Shown in pieces: positions 49,881 to 60,407 of a stretch of DNA of 64,000 bases; position 1 is the stretch's first letter, and every line of letters begins with the position of its first letter. The notes beneath the pieces were generated by a model, which worked only from the letters and a program-made list of their open reading frames with translations, did not search any database and was not told the origin of the DNA. Made by a program: the position numbers and the translations under genes. This stretch comes from Leptolyngbyaceae cyanobacterium (GTDB lineage: Bacteria; Cyanobacteriota; Cyanobacteriia; Phormidesmidales; Phormidesmidaceae), in assembly GCA_965263355.1 (NCBI GenBank), contig CBDHHL010000032.1, positions 2,048,001 through 2,112,000 on the forward strand, given 5' to 3'.

Positions 49881-51221
49881 ATGGTGACCTCTCTAGTTAC
49901 GTTACAAAAACCTAAGGACATTTCCGTTGACGATATCGAAGCTGAACTGCGGGAGATATGGCATAACTATGCCGTGGATAGTTCCGATGGTGTAGCAACC
50001 CGAGCGACTACGTTTAATGTAATTATCTATGAGCCAGAGGAGATTCAACAGCTGCTTGCGGCCCTTGGGTTTTACACTAATCCCATTGATGGTGAACATG
50101 GGCCAGCGACTAGGAGCGCGATCGCAGCTGCGCAGCAAACCTATGGCTTACCCATTACTAACCGGGTTGATCAAGCTACCCTAAAGCGTCTGCGCACCGA
50201 GTTTCGGGCGCTGTCTCCGGAACAGCGCCGTTATAACAACGCTGACCTACGTGGCTTTAATCTCAACGAAGCATTGGCAGCTCAAAATCCTTGTCGGGTG
50301 ATTACCCTTTGTCCCACCTTTGATGATGAGGATACGGGGGTAACTGCCCAGGTATCGGCCTACTGCCCAGTGCAAAAAAGCAGTGGTAGTCGGTTGGTAT
50401 GCTGTGAGTACATCACGCTACGGGGTACCAAGCAAGCTCTGGACCGAGTGGATAACCTAGTCAAATCTTTAGTCATCGACGATCTACCCAAATTTGTCTG
50501 GTGGAAAGCCACCCCAAATCCTGAGCAGCTTCTCTTTCAGTCCATGGCTGATGTAAGTAACTGTATTATTCTCGACTCCAGTTACTATGGCGATCCCGAA
50601 TCAGAGCTATTAAAAATTCATCAATTGGTGGCCAACGGTACCAAAGTTGCCGACCTTAATTGGTATCGTTTGGCCCCCTGGCAAGAACTGTCGGCAGCAT
50701 CGTTTGATCCGCCTGAACGACGGATGGCACTGCTAGAGATGGATCAGCTTGGGATTGACTATGAGAAGGGTAATGCAGCTCAGGCATTGCTCTATCTGGG
50801 TTGGCTAGCCAGTCGCCTGGATTGGCAGCCGGATGAATACAAGCTGGAAGGTGGCGATTACGACCTGCGGCGTATTACCCTCAAAGGCAATCATGGACGG
50901 GCCATTGATGTGGAGCTAGCGGCTATTCCTGTGGCTGATGTGGGCGAAGTACTCGGTGACTTGACCGGATTACGGATGTCATCGACCAACTTGGAGGCCA
51001 ACTGCTGTACTATTCTTTGCTCTGAAACAGCGGGCTGTATGCGCATGGAATCTGGCGGTGGTGCCCAGTCTTGCTACATCCAGGAAGTTACGGCAATTTC
51101 TGACCAGCGGTCTGATTTGTTACTAGAACAGCAGCTTCAGCGTTGGGGCGAAGATATACTGTTTGAGGAAAGTTTAGGGGTTACGGCCCACATTTTGAAA
51201 TTGCTAGAACAGCGCGAATAA
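49881..51221 (+). CDS. opcA: G6PDH assembly protein OpcA
   Basis: Follows zwf; RATTFN, NPCRVITLCP, SAYCP, CCEYITL, DLNWYRL. Confidence 0.95.
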   Translation: MVTSLVTLQKPKDISVDDIEAELREIWHNYAVDSSDGVATRATTFNVIIYEPEEIQQLLAALGFYTNPIDGEHGPATRSAIAAAQQTYGLPITNRVDQATLKRLRTEFRALSPEQRRYNNADLRGFNLNEALAAQNPCRVITLCPTFDDEDTGVTAQVSAYCPVQKSSGSRLVCCEYITLRGTKQALDRVDNLVKSLVIDDLPKFVWWKATPNPEQLLFQSMADVSNCIILDSSYYGDPESELLKIHQLVANGTKVADLNWYRLAPWQELSAASFDPPERRMALLEMDQLGIDYEKGNAAQALLYLGWLASRLDWQPDEYKLEGGDYDLRRITLKGNHGRAIDVELAAIPVADVGEVLGDLTGLRMSSTNLEANCCTILCSETAGCMRMESGGGAQSCYIQEVTAISDQRSDLLLEQQLQRWGEDILFEESLGVTAHILKLLEQRE

Positions 51222-51272
51222 AACTCAAAAACGTTAACGCCAGTTGACAGCCCCTGTTCCTTGGTCAATCGT

Positions 51273-51316
51273 TAGATTAGCCCCCCTAATCACCTAAGGT
51301 TAGTGGGGCTAATCTA
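51273..51316 (+). terminator. Hairpin after opcA
   Basis: TAGATTAGCCCC...GGGGCTAATCTA. Confidence 0.55.
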
Positions 51317-51579
51317 CAGTTCTGATAAAAGATTGAATTAGCCTATCTAGCTATCCTTATCCTGTTTACCTGTAGATAACGGTCGAGTATACTCATAGGG
51401 TCTTTAAGCAAATTGCCTTAAAGGCTTCATAGAATGGTTATCCCTGTACCCGGTTTCAACGCCTTATCGTATAGACTTTTTGTACAAATTTTTGGAGTAT
51501 TTTGGCAGCATACCTCAATATGTAGGTGGCTGAGTACAGTGTCGGCTTTACTGCTAAGACCTTCTCCCAACGCAGATTT

Positions 51580-52442
51580 ATGAAGAGTTTTCTAGAAACC
51601 TATGCTATAGATAACAAGATCGATACTCGCCTTAAGCTGAGTCTAAAAAGAGAATTTTTAGCCGCTAAGTTTAACCGATTTTTGCCAGCCAGCAGAAAGC
51701 GTTGTTTCCATGCTTATTGTGTTGGCACCCCTAGAAGTGGTACCCATTCCATTGTCAACATGCTGCAGCAGAACTATGCTGCCGCCCATGAACCCCGAAG
51801 CTATTACGCTATCTATCACTTACTCAAGTGGAGCACACAAGAGTATACCCGTAACGATATTCAGAATATTCTCCAGTGGCGCGACAAAAAGCTGGCGTTA
51901 GATCTGGAGGCAGCTCACTATTTACACCATGTCGTTGACATACTAGCGAACAGCTTTCCAAAAGCGAAGTTTATTTTAACTGTAAGAGATCCCCTGAGCT
52001 GGTTAGAGTCTGAGATAGACCGTAACTATGGTACTCGCAATAAATTGTTTTGGAGAGCCTTAGAAGACTATCGCTATGGTCGTTATGGCCATCGGTTCAC
52101 CCAACAGGACGTCGCCCTGGAACAAATGGGACTTTATCCGATAGCCAGCTATCTTTCTTACTGGAACGACCACAATCAGTTTGTCCTAAATTCGGTAGCT
52201 CAAGAGCAGCTACTAGTGCTGGATACCGAGAAATTCAGTCAAATATGCAACAAGTTGCTGATTTCCTGAATATAAATATCGACACTATCAACCGCCAAAA
52301 AAGCCACGCCAATAAAAGAAATAAACGCTTTAAGCTCACTGAACTCGTTGATCAGAGTTATCTACGTCAGCAACTAGAAGCGATTTGTGTAGATTTTATT
52401 GATCGACAGCTACCTCTACTAAAATCCAGCTGCTTCAGTTAA
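51580..52442 (+). pseudogene. Sulfotransferase-family gene with a frameshift near 52228
   Basis: PAPS motif GTPRSGTHS, HEP, AKFILTVRDPLSWLES; the C-terminus EIQSNMQQVADFL continues in another frame to 52442. Confidence 0.72.
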
Positions 52443-52488
52443 TTCCTGCAATATGTGGTGATTTTTTATCCCATTACCCCAAAACCCT

Positions 52489-53376
52489 ATGAGTTCTTCA
52501 ATATCCCCACTTTCAAGTCAAGCGCTAACCTCTGTTTCCAATGCAGACGAACAGAGCACGTTTTTTAGGGAGAATGGCTATACTCCCCCCTTCTCTCTTG
52601 CTAATCCTAGAAATATAGAAATGCTGTCCAAGGCGATTAGACGATTTGGGCAACGTAAAAAACCAATCAAGTTTTCCATCCTATCTCCGCCCTATGGCGA
52701 TAGAAAGGCCCATGTCTTTTCAAAGTTAGTATTTGAATTAGCCACGGATACAGCGATTTTGGACGCCTTATTCAACTGTCTGGGTGAGGATATTTTAATT
52801 TGGCTGGGTCAAGTGATTACCCGAAAACCCAAAAGTAAAGGACAGGCCTGGCATATTGATCAAATCAACTGGGAGGTAGACGGTGTTCATGCGTCTATTG
52901 CTATCACCGATATGACGTTAGAGAATGGATGTCTTCAGGTCATTCCTAAAACCCATCTCTATAATCTCAGCCAAGCAGATCTCGAAACAAACGCCAAACT
53001 AGCCAATGCTAACCTGTGGGATGGTGAAGCTATGGTGGCCCTGGCCGATCAGCTACACCCTGAAAATGCTCCCCATCAATTAGTGTCCCTGGAGGTAAAC
53101 GCTGGACAATCTTTTTTGACTAAAGGAGGGCTCTGGCATGGAGTGCCGCGAAGTACATCAGACCAGCCCCGTGGAGCTTTGGTTGCACGCTATATGCGAC
53201 CTGATATTGCGGGTAAAGAGGCTGGACGCCCGCTACCCTGCGTTTTAATTGCGGGGACAGATACTGAACAAAAAAATACTCTCTATCATCCGCCGCAATC
53301 ATGGTTTAAGCAAGATGTTCTCTTGAATTATCGGTTTAACAAGCTCTTAGGTAAACTGGCAAAGCTTATTGATTAA
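52489..53376 (+). CDS. Phytanoyl-CoA dioxygenase (PhyH)-family Fe(II)/2OG oxygenase
   Basis: FRENGY, WHID, ENGCLQVIPKTH, LWHG, R.ALVARY. Confidence 0.88.
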   Translation: MSSSISPLSSQALTSVSNADEQSTFFRENGYTPPFSLANPRNIEMLSKAIRRFGQRKKPIKFSILSPPYGDRKAHVFSKLVFELATDTAILDALFNCLGEDILIWLGQVITRKPKSKGQAWHIDQINWEVDGVHASIAITDMTLENGCLQVIPKTHLYNLSQADLETNAKLANANLWDGEAMVALADQLHPENAPHQLVSLEVNAGQSFLTKGGLWHGVPRSTSDQPRGALVARYMRPDIAGKEAGRPLPCVLIAGTDTEQKNTLYHPPQSWFKQDVLLNYRFNKLLGKLAKLID

Positions 53377-53490
53377 GCCCCCTTATGGGTTTGCCTCTAA
53401 ATAAAACACTCCCCCTGCCACCTGTAACCTGGGACTTTATTTTTGTGCAGCCCCCCTTATGCCCAGAGATAAATGGACAACAGAATAATG

Positions 53491-53533
53491 GATTGACAAA
53501 ATAGTAGATTGACAAAATAGTAGATTGACAAAA
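53491..53533 (+). repeat. 16-bp tandem repeat, ~2.7 copies, directly before the start codon
   Basis: GATTGACAAAATAGTA x2 plus a partial copy. Confidence 0.8.
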
Positions 53534-53540
53534 AATAATC

Positions 53541-54581
53541 ATGCAAGATTTTGGAATTTATACCCTGGCCAATGATGTCGTCTATGATCAGCTCGTTGCC
53601 TTGTTGAATAGCATTGAGGTCAACGTTGGTGCCAGCATTCCTGTATGCATTATTCCCTTTGATCATTGTCTACAGCGAGTCAAAGAAGAAGTTAGGGTAC
53701 GCCCTAACGTAACTCTATTTCAGGATCAGGGGTCCATCCAACGTTGGGAAGCATTTGCTCGTAAGTTTGCCAGTGCCCATCCCCAGGCTAAAAAAACTAA
53801 ATACACCCATCCTCGATGGTATGCAGGGAAATTACACCGTAAGTTTGCCGCCTTTGATGGTCCGTTTGAGCGGTTTGTTTTTTTTGATGGTGACAGTCTG
53901 GCAATGAAGCCAGTTGAGGATGTCATCACTCGCCTAGAAACCTATGATTTTGTTTTTGATGATTGGGAACATGCCAAAGCTAACGATGAAGCAGCCCTAG
54001 ATATTCCACTAATTGAGTCGACCGGCACATTTGTGGAAGCAGATATTCGTCCTAAGTTACACTGCTCAAGCTTTTTTGGATCAAAGCGAGGTCTTTTTGG
54101 CACAGCCGAGCTAGCTGAACTCCAGGAACGGCTTACAGAGCAAGGAGAAGCTGCTTGGATTAATGGTCAGGGGTGGTGGGACGATGCGTTTCTATTTAAC
54201 TACATGACCCTGCGATCTGAGCGGCCATTGTTTAACATGACCCTCAGTGCTGACGGGCAGGACCGAACCGGGAACTGTGCTAACGCCGATCCATTTGTCG
54301 AAATCGATCAGGTTCTGTATAACCAGGAAGGGTTGAAGCCTATACACCGTATACATTACATGGGCTATTCATCCACTGATTTCGGACGCTTATGCCAGGG
54401 AGAAGACGTTGATATTCGGTATCGGCAAATCTTTTTGCATTATCGTTTTCTCAAACAACCAGACCAAAAGCCGATGGTCTTAAAAGTACCCAGTGTATTG
54501 ACTAGAACCCAGCGATTATGGCAGAGGGCCACTCAGAAACATGGACTCAGCAACTTGCGTAACTTAGGAGCTGTGCGGTAA
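53541..54581 (+). CDS. Npun_R2821/R2822-family (glycosyltransferase-like) protein
   Basis: GIYTLANDVVYDQLVALLNSIE, FDGPFERFVFFDGD. Confidence 0.85.
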   Translation: MQDFGIYTLANDVVYDQLVALLNSIEVNVGASIPVCIIPFDHCLQRVKEEVRVRPNVTLFQDQGSIQRWEAFARKFASAHPQAKKTKYTHPRWYAGKLHRKFAAFDGPFERFVFFDGDSLAMKPVEDVITRLETYDFVFDDWEHAKANDEAALDIPLIESTGTFVEADIRPKLHCSSFFGSKRGLFGTAELAELQERLTEQGEAAWINGQGWWDDAFLFNYMTLRSERPLFNMTLSADGQDRTGNCANADPFVEIDQVLYNQEGLKPIHRIHYMGYSSTDFGRLCQGEDVDIRYRQIFLHYRFLKQPDQKPMVLKVPSVLTRTQRLWQRATQKHGLSNLRNLGAVR

Positions 54582-54713
54582 ACGCGTAACTTTAATCGGT
54601 AGAGTCATCGGGAAAACAGTTTCAGCCACTTATTTCGGTATATAACAATTAAGCGTCTCAACTGTTACATTTGAGCGCGTCTGTGTGTTGCAACCTTCTA
54701 GAGCCTGCTGCCG

Positions 54714-57700
54714 ATGTCCCATGATTTAATGCCTATTGGACAGCAACCGCCGCCGCGTCGACCCTATTTGGCGTTATTGCTTAAGGTTGGGGTTGGCTTA
54801 GGGGCTGTTGTAGTGTTGGGGGGGATAGCGACAGCGATTTGGGGCAAGCGTATTATCAATGGCAAGGTCTTGCCGTTGGTTGAGGCTCAGGTTGAGGATA
54901 TTATTGACCGTCCCATTGATTTGGGTGAGTTAGAACACCTGTCTCTGTCCAGTATCCAGCTGGGTAAAACCACTATTCCATCGACAGAGACAGATCGCTC
55001 ATCGGTGACGGTGGATCGGATTGCGGTTGATTTTGATGTGCGATCGCTCCTATTCCAGAAAACCCTAAAACCTAATATTGTCCTGGTTCGACCCAATCTT
55101 TCCTTGGTGCAAGATAAAGATGGTCAATGGGTTGAGCTATCCCTACCAGAAGCCTCGGATGAAGAGCCACCAATTACAACAGAAATCCAAACAATTAAGC
55201 TGCAAGATGCCCAACTGAGCGTATCAACGGTAGATCAAGATCCTCAGGCGTTGGTACCGCAGGCTCCTGTGGAGGTTACTGACGCAGATATTACCGCTAA
55301 GTTTTCTGGGGAAGCGTCTAAACAGGTCTACTTTGACCTAACTGGCAATGTGGAGGCTGGCCAATTTGACATTAAAGGTGAGGGAGATTTAGCCAATCAG
55401 GCGGTAAAGGCCAATGTACGGGTAAGTGACCTGCCGACTACGGGGGTAAATTTACTATTGCCATCCCTGGTGGGACTAAAGTCAGGCACTCTAAACACCA
55501 ATTTAACCCTGGCCGCAGCCCTAACGGATGAGGGGAATCTCGACCCGGCGTCTGTGGATGTCCAGGGAACGGCCCAATTTCGCGCGGGTCAAGTACTGGT
55601 CAAGGATTTGCCTGAACCCGTTGATGTTCGTAGTCAGCTCAGGTTTAGGGGGCAACAAGTCACCCTGGAAAATACGGTACTACAGGTAGCTGACATCGAG
55701 CTACTGGCCACAGGCTCCGTGGATTGGGAGACTGGCTATAACCTCAGCGCTCAGATTCCGGCAGTTAGTCTGGCCAATGTGAGACAGCTGACTGAGTTGC
55801 CTGAAGATTTGCCCATTGATGAGACCGTGGCCTTTGGGTTAACCACTCAGGTTACAGGTGATCTTACCGATCCTCAGATCCAGGGACAGTTTGCCAATTT
55901 AGAACCGTTTCAGGTAGATCAGCTAACCCTGGCAACGGTGGCGGCGGATTTTGACCTGGCCCTATCGGACTTTGAACCCACCGCGTTGGACCTGACAGAA
56001 CTGCGGATTTTACCGGCATCAGGGGGGGAAATTGTAGCCGAAGGACAGGCTGATCTAAAAGATTTAGACAATCCCGAGTTTGAACTCACCGCCCAGGCCG
56101 ATGTCCCCGTGGATGAGGTGGTTCAGCTCTATGGAGTGAGCTTGCCTACCGATACGGTTATCGGTTCGCTAAACGCTAATCTCGAATTAACTGGAAACCT
56201 GGAGGCTCAAACGGCCATTGCCCAGTGGCAGCTATCGGAGTCTAGCTTTCCGGGGCAGGGGGAGATTACCTTTGCAGATAATCAGTTAGCGATTCGCAAT
56301 ACCCGGATCCAGCCGGAAGCAGGTGGGGTAATCGTGGCGGCGGGGGGGATTAATTTAGCCGATTTAGACAATCCTCAGTTTGAGCTAACGGCCCAGGCAG
56401 ACTTACCGGTGGATGCCCTGGCCCAATCCTATGGGGTGGTATTGCCCAGTACGTTACCACCGGATACGGTACTGGGTCTACTGACGGCTAATGTGGCAGC
56501 AAGCGGTACTCTAAAATCTCCGAGCGCTAATGCCCGATGGCAACTATCAGAGTCTAGCTTTCCAGGGCAGGGAGAACTTACCTTTGCGAATAATCAGCTA
56601 GTGGTGGACAATACCCAACTGCAGGTGGCCGGGGGGTGGGTCACTGCTGCTGCGACAGCTCAGTTAGATAGCGGTAATTGGCAGGCGGCCTTAACCACTG
56701 ACCAGGTAGCGATTGAGCAATTTACCCCCCAGGCCCAGGGATTATTAACGTCTAACCTGCAAGCTACGGGGAATTTGTATGATTTAGACCTGGCTAAGAT
56801 TCAGGCGGAGGGGGGGGCTGCGATCGCAAACGCCCAGATCAATTTACCAGCTAACCAAGCAGATACCCTAGCCGGTACCCAGACGCCCTTACTAACTCCA
56901 GGAAATTGGGCCACCCAGTTTGTCTGGCAAAGCGATCGCATCGCAATCGATTACTTCACGGCCCCTGGTATCAAAGCGGACGGGACTATCGGTGTTGACC
57001 TGAGTCAGCCCATACCCATCAGTGACCTGGCCCTCAACGTTGCCCTTGAGCAAATCGACCTGGCCCCTTTTAATCGTCTGGCCCCAGCCAATGTTCAAAC
57101 CTATGGCCAGTTAGCAGGTTTTACCAGCTTCGAAGGACAGCTAACTGGCACCTTAGTCAACCCCCAGCTAACCGGCAACGCCAAACTCGATGGCCTGGTT
57201 CTCAACGAAATTACCTTTGAACCATTAGCAGGTCCCATTGTCTTTTCCCTACAGGATGGCGGTACCGTAGATCTTAGAGGGCAGCAGCAGGATCGGCTGC
57301 AATTATCCCTCAACAATCAGCTCTGGCCCGTGGCCTTTGAAGTTCGCAACCGATATGTGGTCACGAATCAAGAGACTGACCAGGCAAACGGTCCAGACAC
57401 CATTACTTACCAGGAATTTAGTCTCATCGGTCGTGGCGATAACAACAACCAGTTGAATGTAGAAATCACCCAGTTTCCCCTAGATAAATTAGACATTCAA
57501 CCCGCCACACCCTATGGCTTTGGCACCGTAGTCGGTCTCGTCAATGGGAATGCCACCATCAACCTGACAGATTTAGCTAACCCCAGTGCCATGGGCAGTC
57601 TCACCATTGATCAACCTTCCCTAAGCCCGATTGATGCCCAGAAGATTGTTGCCAACTTTAGTTACGCAGATGGTGTCGCTAACCTCAGCCGGGGAGAACT

Positions 57701-60242
57701 GGCCATCAAAGATAGCCGCTATGCCCTGTCTGGCAGTGTCATCCTCACCCCCGAAATAGCCTATGACGGCACCCTAACGGTGGAACAAGGCCGGATTGAA
57801 GATATCATCGCCCTGCTAGACGACATAGATCTCAGTAGATTTGGTTTTCAACCATTGCCGACACCAGGCGCTACTGCCACTGACCTGGCGGTAGCGCCAG
57901 CGGCGCTTCCCCCTGACGACTCATCTGAAAACTCTTTCCTCAAGCAGCTACAGGCTTTTAACGCATTTCTGCAAGACCGTCCCCAACCGGAAACTACTAC
58001 CGGTTCCAATCTCCCATCCCTATCTGATTTGGCCGGTGAATTTACCGGCACCATTGCCGTAGCCGGTCGTTCCCTATCCTTCAATGAGGTGACTGTCGAT
58101 GTAGATATAGCGGGAGATAGCTGGCAGTGGGGAGAGGAAACGCCCGCTAATAATTTTGTCATCAACGGCAGTTTTATTAGTGGCGTCAGCAACAACAAAC
58201 AACAGCTAGCTGTTGATGTAGAACAGATTGAAGTCAATGCAGGCGAGACCCAGCTAGCTCTTTCAGGCAATGGCACATCCCAAAAATTAAAAGGACAGCT
58301 AACCGTCAACAACCTGCCTTTAGAACTTGCAACCTGGCTTTATCCAGCCTTACCCGTGGCTCCAGCAGGAGATTTAGAAATATCCACACAGTTTAACGGC
58401 AGCCTAGACAATCCAAAAATTAAAGGCACGGCCAGAGTAGACAACCCACAGATTAACGACCACACCCTGGAACAGGTAGCCACGACCTTTGAGTACCGCA
58501 ATGCTAGCCTGACAGTCAATAGTGCCGTAGCCCTGGATGCTACCGATACACCGACTACATTGGATGGCACTATTCCCTATGCCCTGCCTTTTATGGCCGT
58601 AACCCCTCGCACCAATCAACTAGCACTAAAGGCCATCGTCCCCAGTGACAACTTTGATATCGTCAATACCTTAACCCAGGACCAAGTACGGTGGGAAGAC
58701 GGCAGCGGCGAAATTGTTGTTCAAATAGGTGGAACTCTTGCACAACCTTCTGTTGACGGTAATGTACGGTTGCGACAAGGGGTAATCGGCAGCGAATTCT
58801 TAGAGGATCCGATTACTGATCTGACCGGAGACATTCAGTTTGACCTGGAGCTCTTAGAAAGACAATTTTCCCTTGGAGATTCCAACATTCCCCTAGTAAC
58901 GGGTGGATTCACTATTCCACAACTTCAAGCCCAACTGCAGGACGGACAGCTACGGGTAGATGGAGAATTGCCACTTTCGCCATTCGATCAGCCCGCGGAT
59001 GGGATCACGATTACCTTAGACGAATTACCCATTCAGTCCACGGGGGGAGTTAAATCCGTATTCGACGGAAGAATAATCATTGATGGCTCAGCCGTAACGC
59101 CCTATATAGGGGGCAACCTGGCAATTGGAGCTGGGAAAATTAGTACATTTAAGCTAGTCAACCAGTTTCGGGGAGCTGCTAACGCTGCTGCGGAGACCGC
59201 TCCAGGCACCGATACAGAACCCTCAGAAAATGATGCGAAGAACGAACCTAACAATCCCATTCGCAACCAAATAGTCAATGCTGTCGCCCTATATCGAGAG
59301 AAAGCATTTGGTGAAGAATTCTCAGCAACTGAGTCTGAGGATTTGCCACTAGGCCTTGTTGGTCAACTAGTTACGTTTAATAACTTCGAGATTCAGCTGA
59401 GTGACCGTTTACTGATTGAAGGACAACCCTTTTTTAATCTGAGGGCAGCGGGGGATATTGTTGTTAACGGTTCCCTTGGTAAACCACTACCTCAAGGGGA
59501 GATTGAACTTGAATCTGGTTGGATTAATCTCTTTTCAACCCAGTTTCGGTTAGATACAAGTGAAAAAAATAAAGCTACCTTTATCCCTAACAATGGCATT
59601 TATCCCATTCTCAATGTCGTTATGAGAACCAGGGTACAGGAAACCAATACCCCCCGAGTTCCTGCCATATCTGAATCAGGCATTGTCTCATCTGAGGTAA
59701 ATGACGATCAAACGATCGATTCATTGGGGGGGGTGCAATACATCAACATCAAGGCCAGGGTCAATAATCTGAATGTAAGAGAGATTGCCCAAGGGTCCAC
59801 TGAAGATACTCAGGAAAAGATAAATCAAGTTGTCATCCTGGAAAGTGATCCATCCCGTAACCAGCGCACACTCATCGCTCTCCTGGGTAATAATGTGATT
59901 AGTGGTATAACCAGTGCTGGATTAACTCAGCTGGCTGGTTTTGTCGGGGCGGGTAACGTTGTTAGCTTTCTCAATAACCTGGCAGATACCCTTGGCTTTC
60001 AATCTTTTAGTGTATTTCCTACCACCGACACTGCGACCGATAGCACCGCCGGTATTGGCATTGGTGTAGAGGCCATCTTTAAGGTTACCGACGATATTAA
60101 CGTCAGTGTTCTGGAAATTCTCAATAACGGCAATGCCCCTCAGTTTGGCCTACAGTACGAGTTGACCGAGGAATTAAGACTGCGGGGCTCTTCTAATCTG
60201 GACGATACAGAAGTCAGGCTAGAATATCGACTTGAATTTTAG
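54714..60242 (+). CDS. tamB: TamB / DUF490 translocation-assembly protein
   Basis: N-terminal TM anchor, beta-rich body, GWINLFSTQFRL, LESDPSR..LIALLG, ends YRLEF. Confidence 0.88.
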   Translation: MSHDLMPIGQQPPPRRPYLALLLKVGVGLGAVVVLGGIATAIWGKRIINGKVLPLVEAQVEDIIDRPIDLGELEHLSLSSIQLGKTTIPSTETDRSSVTVDRIAVDFDVRSLLFQKTLKPNIVLVRPNLSLVQDKDGQWVELSLPEASDEEPPITTEIQTIKLQDAQLSVSTVDQDPQALVPQAPVEVTDADITAKFSGEASKQVYFDLTGNVEAGQFDIKGEGDLANQAVKANVRVSDLPTTGVNLLLPSLVGLKSGTLNTNLTLAAALTDEGNLDPASVDVQGTAQFRAGQVLVKDLPEPVDVRSQLRFRGQQVTLENTVLQVADIELLATGSVDWETGYNLSAQIPAVSLANVRQLTELPEDLPIDETVAFGLTTQVTGDLTDPQIQGQFANLEPFQVDQLTLATVAADFDLALSDFEPTALDLTELRILPASGGEIVAEGQADLKDLDNPEFELTAQADVPVDEVVQLYGVSLPTDTVIGSLNANLELTGNLEAQTAIAQWQLSESSFPGQGEITFADNQLAIRNTRIQPEAGGVIVAAGGINLADLDNPQFELTAQADLPVDALAQSYGVVLPSTLPPDTVLGLLTANVAASGTLKSPSANARWQLSESSFPGQGELTFANNQLVVDNTQLQVAGGWVTAAATAQLDSGNWQAALTTDQVAIEQFTPQAQGLLTSNLQATGNLYDLDLAKIQAEGGAAIANAQINLPANQADTLAGTQTPLLTPGNWATQFVWQSDRIAIDYFTAPGIKADGTIGVDLSQPIPISDLALNVALEQIDLAPFNRLAPANVQTYGQLAGFTSFEGQLTGTLVNPQLTGNAKLDGLVLNEITFEPLAGPIVFSLQDGGTVDLRGQQQDRLQLSLNNQLWPVAFEVRNRYVVTNQETDQANGPDTITYQEFSLIGRGDNNNQLNVEITQFPLDKLDIQPATPYGFGTVVGLVNGNATINLTDLANPSAMGSLTIDQPSLSPIDAQKIVANFSYADGVANLSRGELAIKDSRYALSGSVILTPEIAYDGTLTVEQGRIEDIIALLDDIDLSRFGFQPLPTPGATATDLAVAPAALPPDDSSENSFLKQLQAFNAFLQDRPQPETTTGSNLPSLSDLAGEFTGTIAVAGRSLSFNEVTVDVDIAGDSWQWGEETPANNFVINGSFISGVSNNKQQLAVDVEQIEVNAGETQLALSGNGTSQKLKGQLTVNNLPLELATWLYPALPVAPAGDLEISTQFNGSLDNPKIKGTARVDNPQINDHTLEQVATTFEYRNASLTVNSAVALDATDTPTTLDGTIPYALPFMAVTPRTNQLALKAIVPSDNFDIVNTLTQDQVRWEDGSGEIVVQIGGTLAQPSVDGNVRLRQGVIGSEFLEDPITDLTGDIQFDLELLERQFSLGDSNIPLVTGGFTIPQLQAQLQDGQLRVDGELPLSPFDQPADGITITLDELPIQSTGGVKSVFDGRIIIDGSAVTPYIGGNLAIGAGKISTFKLVNQFRGAANAAAETAPGTDTEPSENDAKNEPNNPIRNQIVNAVALYREKAFGEEFSATESEDLPLGLVGQLVTFNNFEIQLSDRLLIEGQPFFNLRAAGDIVVNGSLGKPLPQGEIELESGWINLFSTQFRLDTSEKNKATFIPNNGIYPILNVVMRTRVQETNTPRVPAISESGIVSSEVNDDQTIDSLGGVQYINIKARVNNLNVREIAQGSTEDTQEKINQVVILESDPSRNQRTLIALLGNNVISGITSAGLTQLAGFVGAGNVVSFLNNLADTLGFQSFSVFPTTDTATDSTAGIGIGVEAIFKVTDDINVSVLEILNNGNAPQFGLQYELTEELRLRGSSNLDDTEVRLEYRLEF

Positions 60243-60407
60243 GAGTTGTCAATTAGTCTTGAGTCATACCCCTAACTTGTAGGGTTATCTGTAGGGTTAT
60301 CCTGACTTTTCAATTCTTGAAGACATCGCAAACTATGGAAAAGGGGATAGACCAAGTTTGTCTATGGCCTTTTCCCCTTTTTGTCTGTTGAGTTGAGAAC
60401 ACATTCT

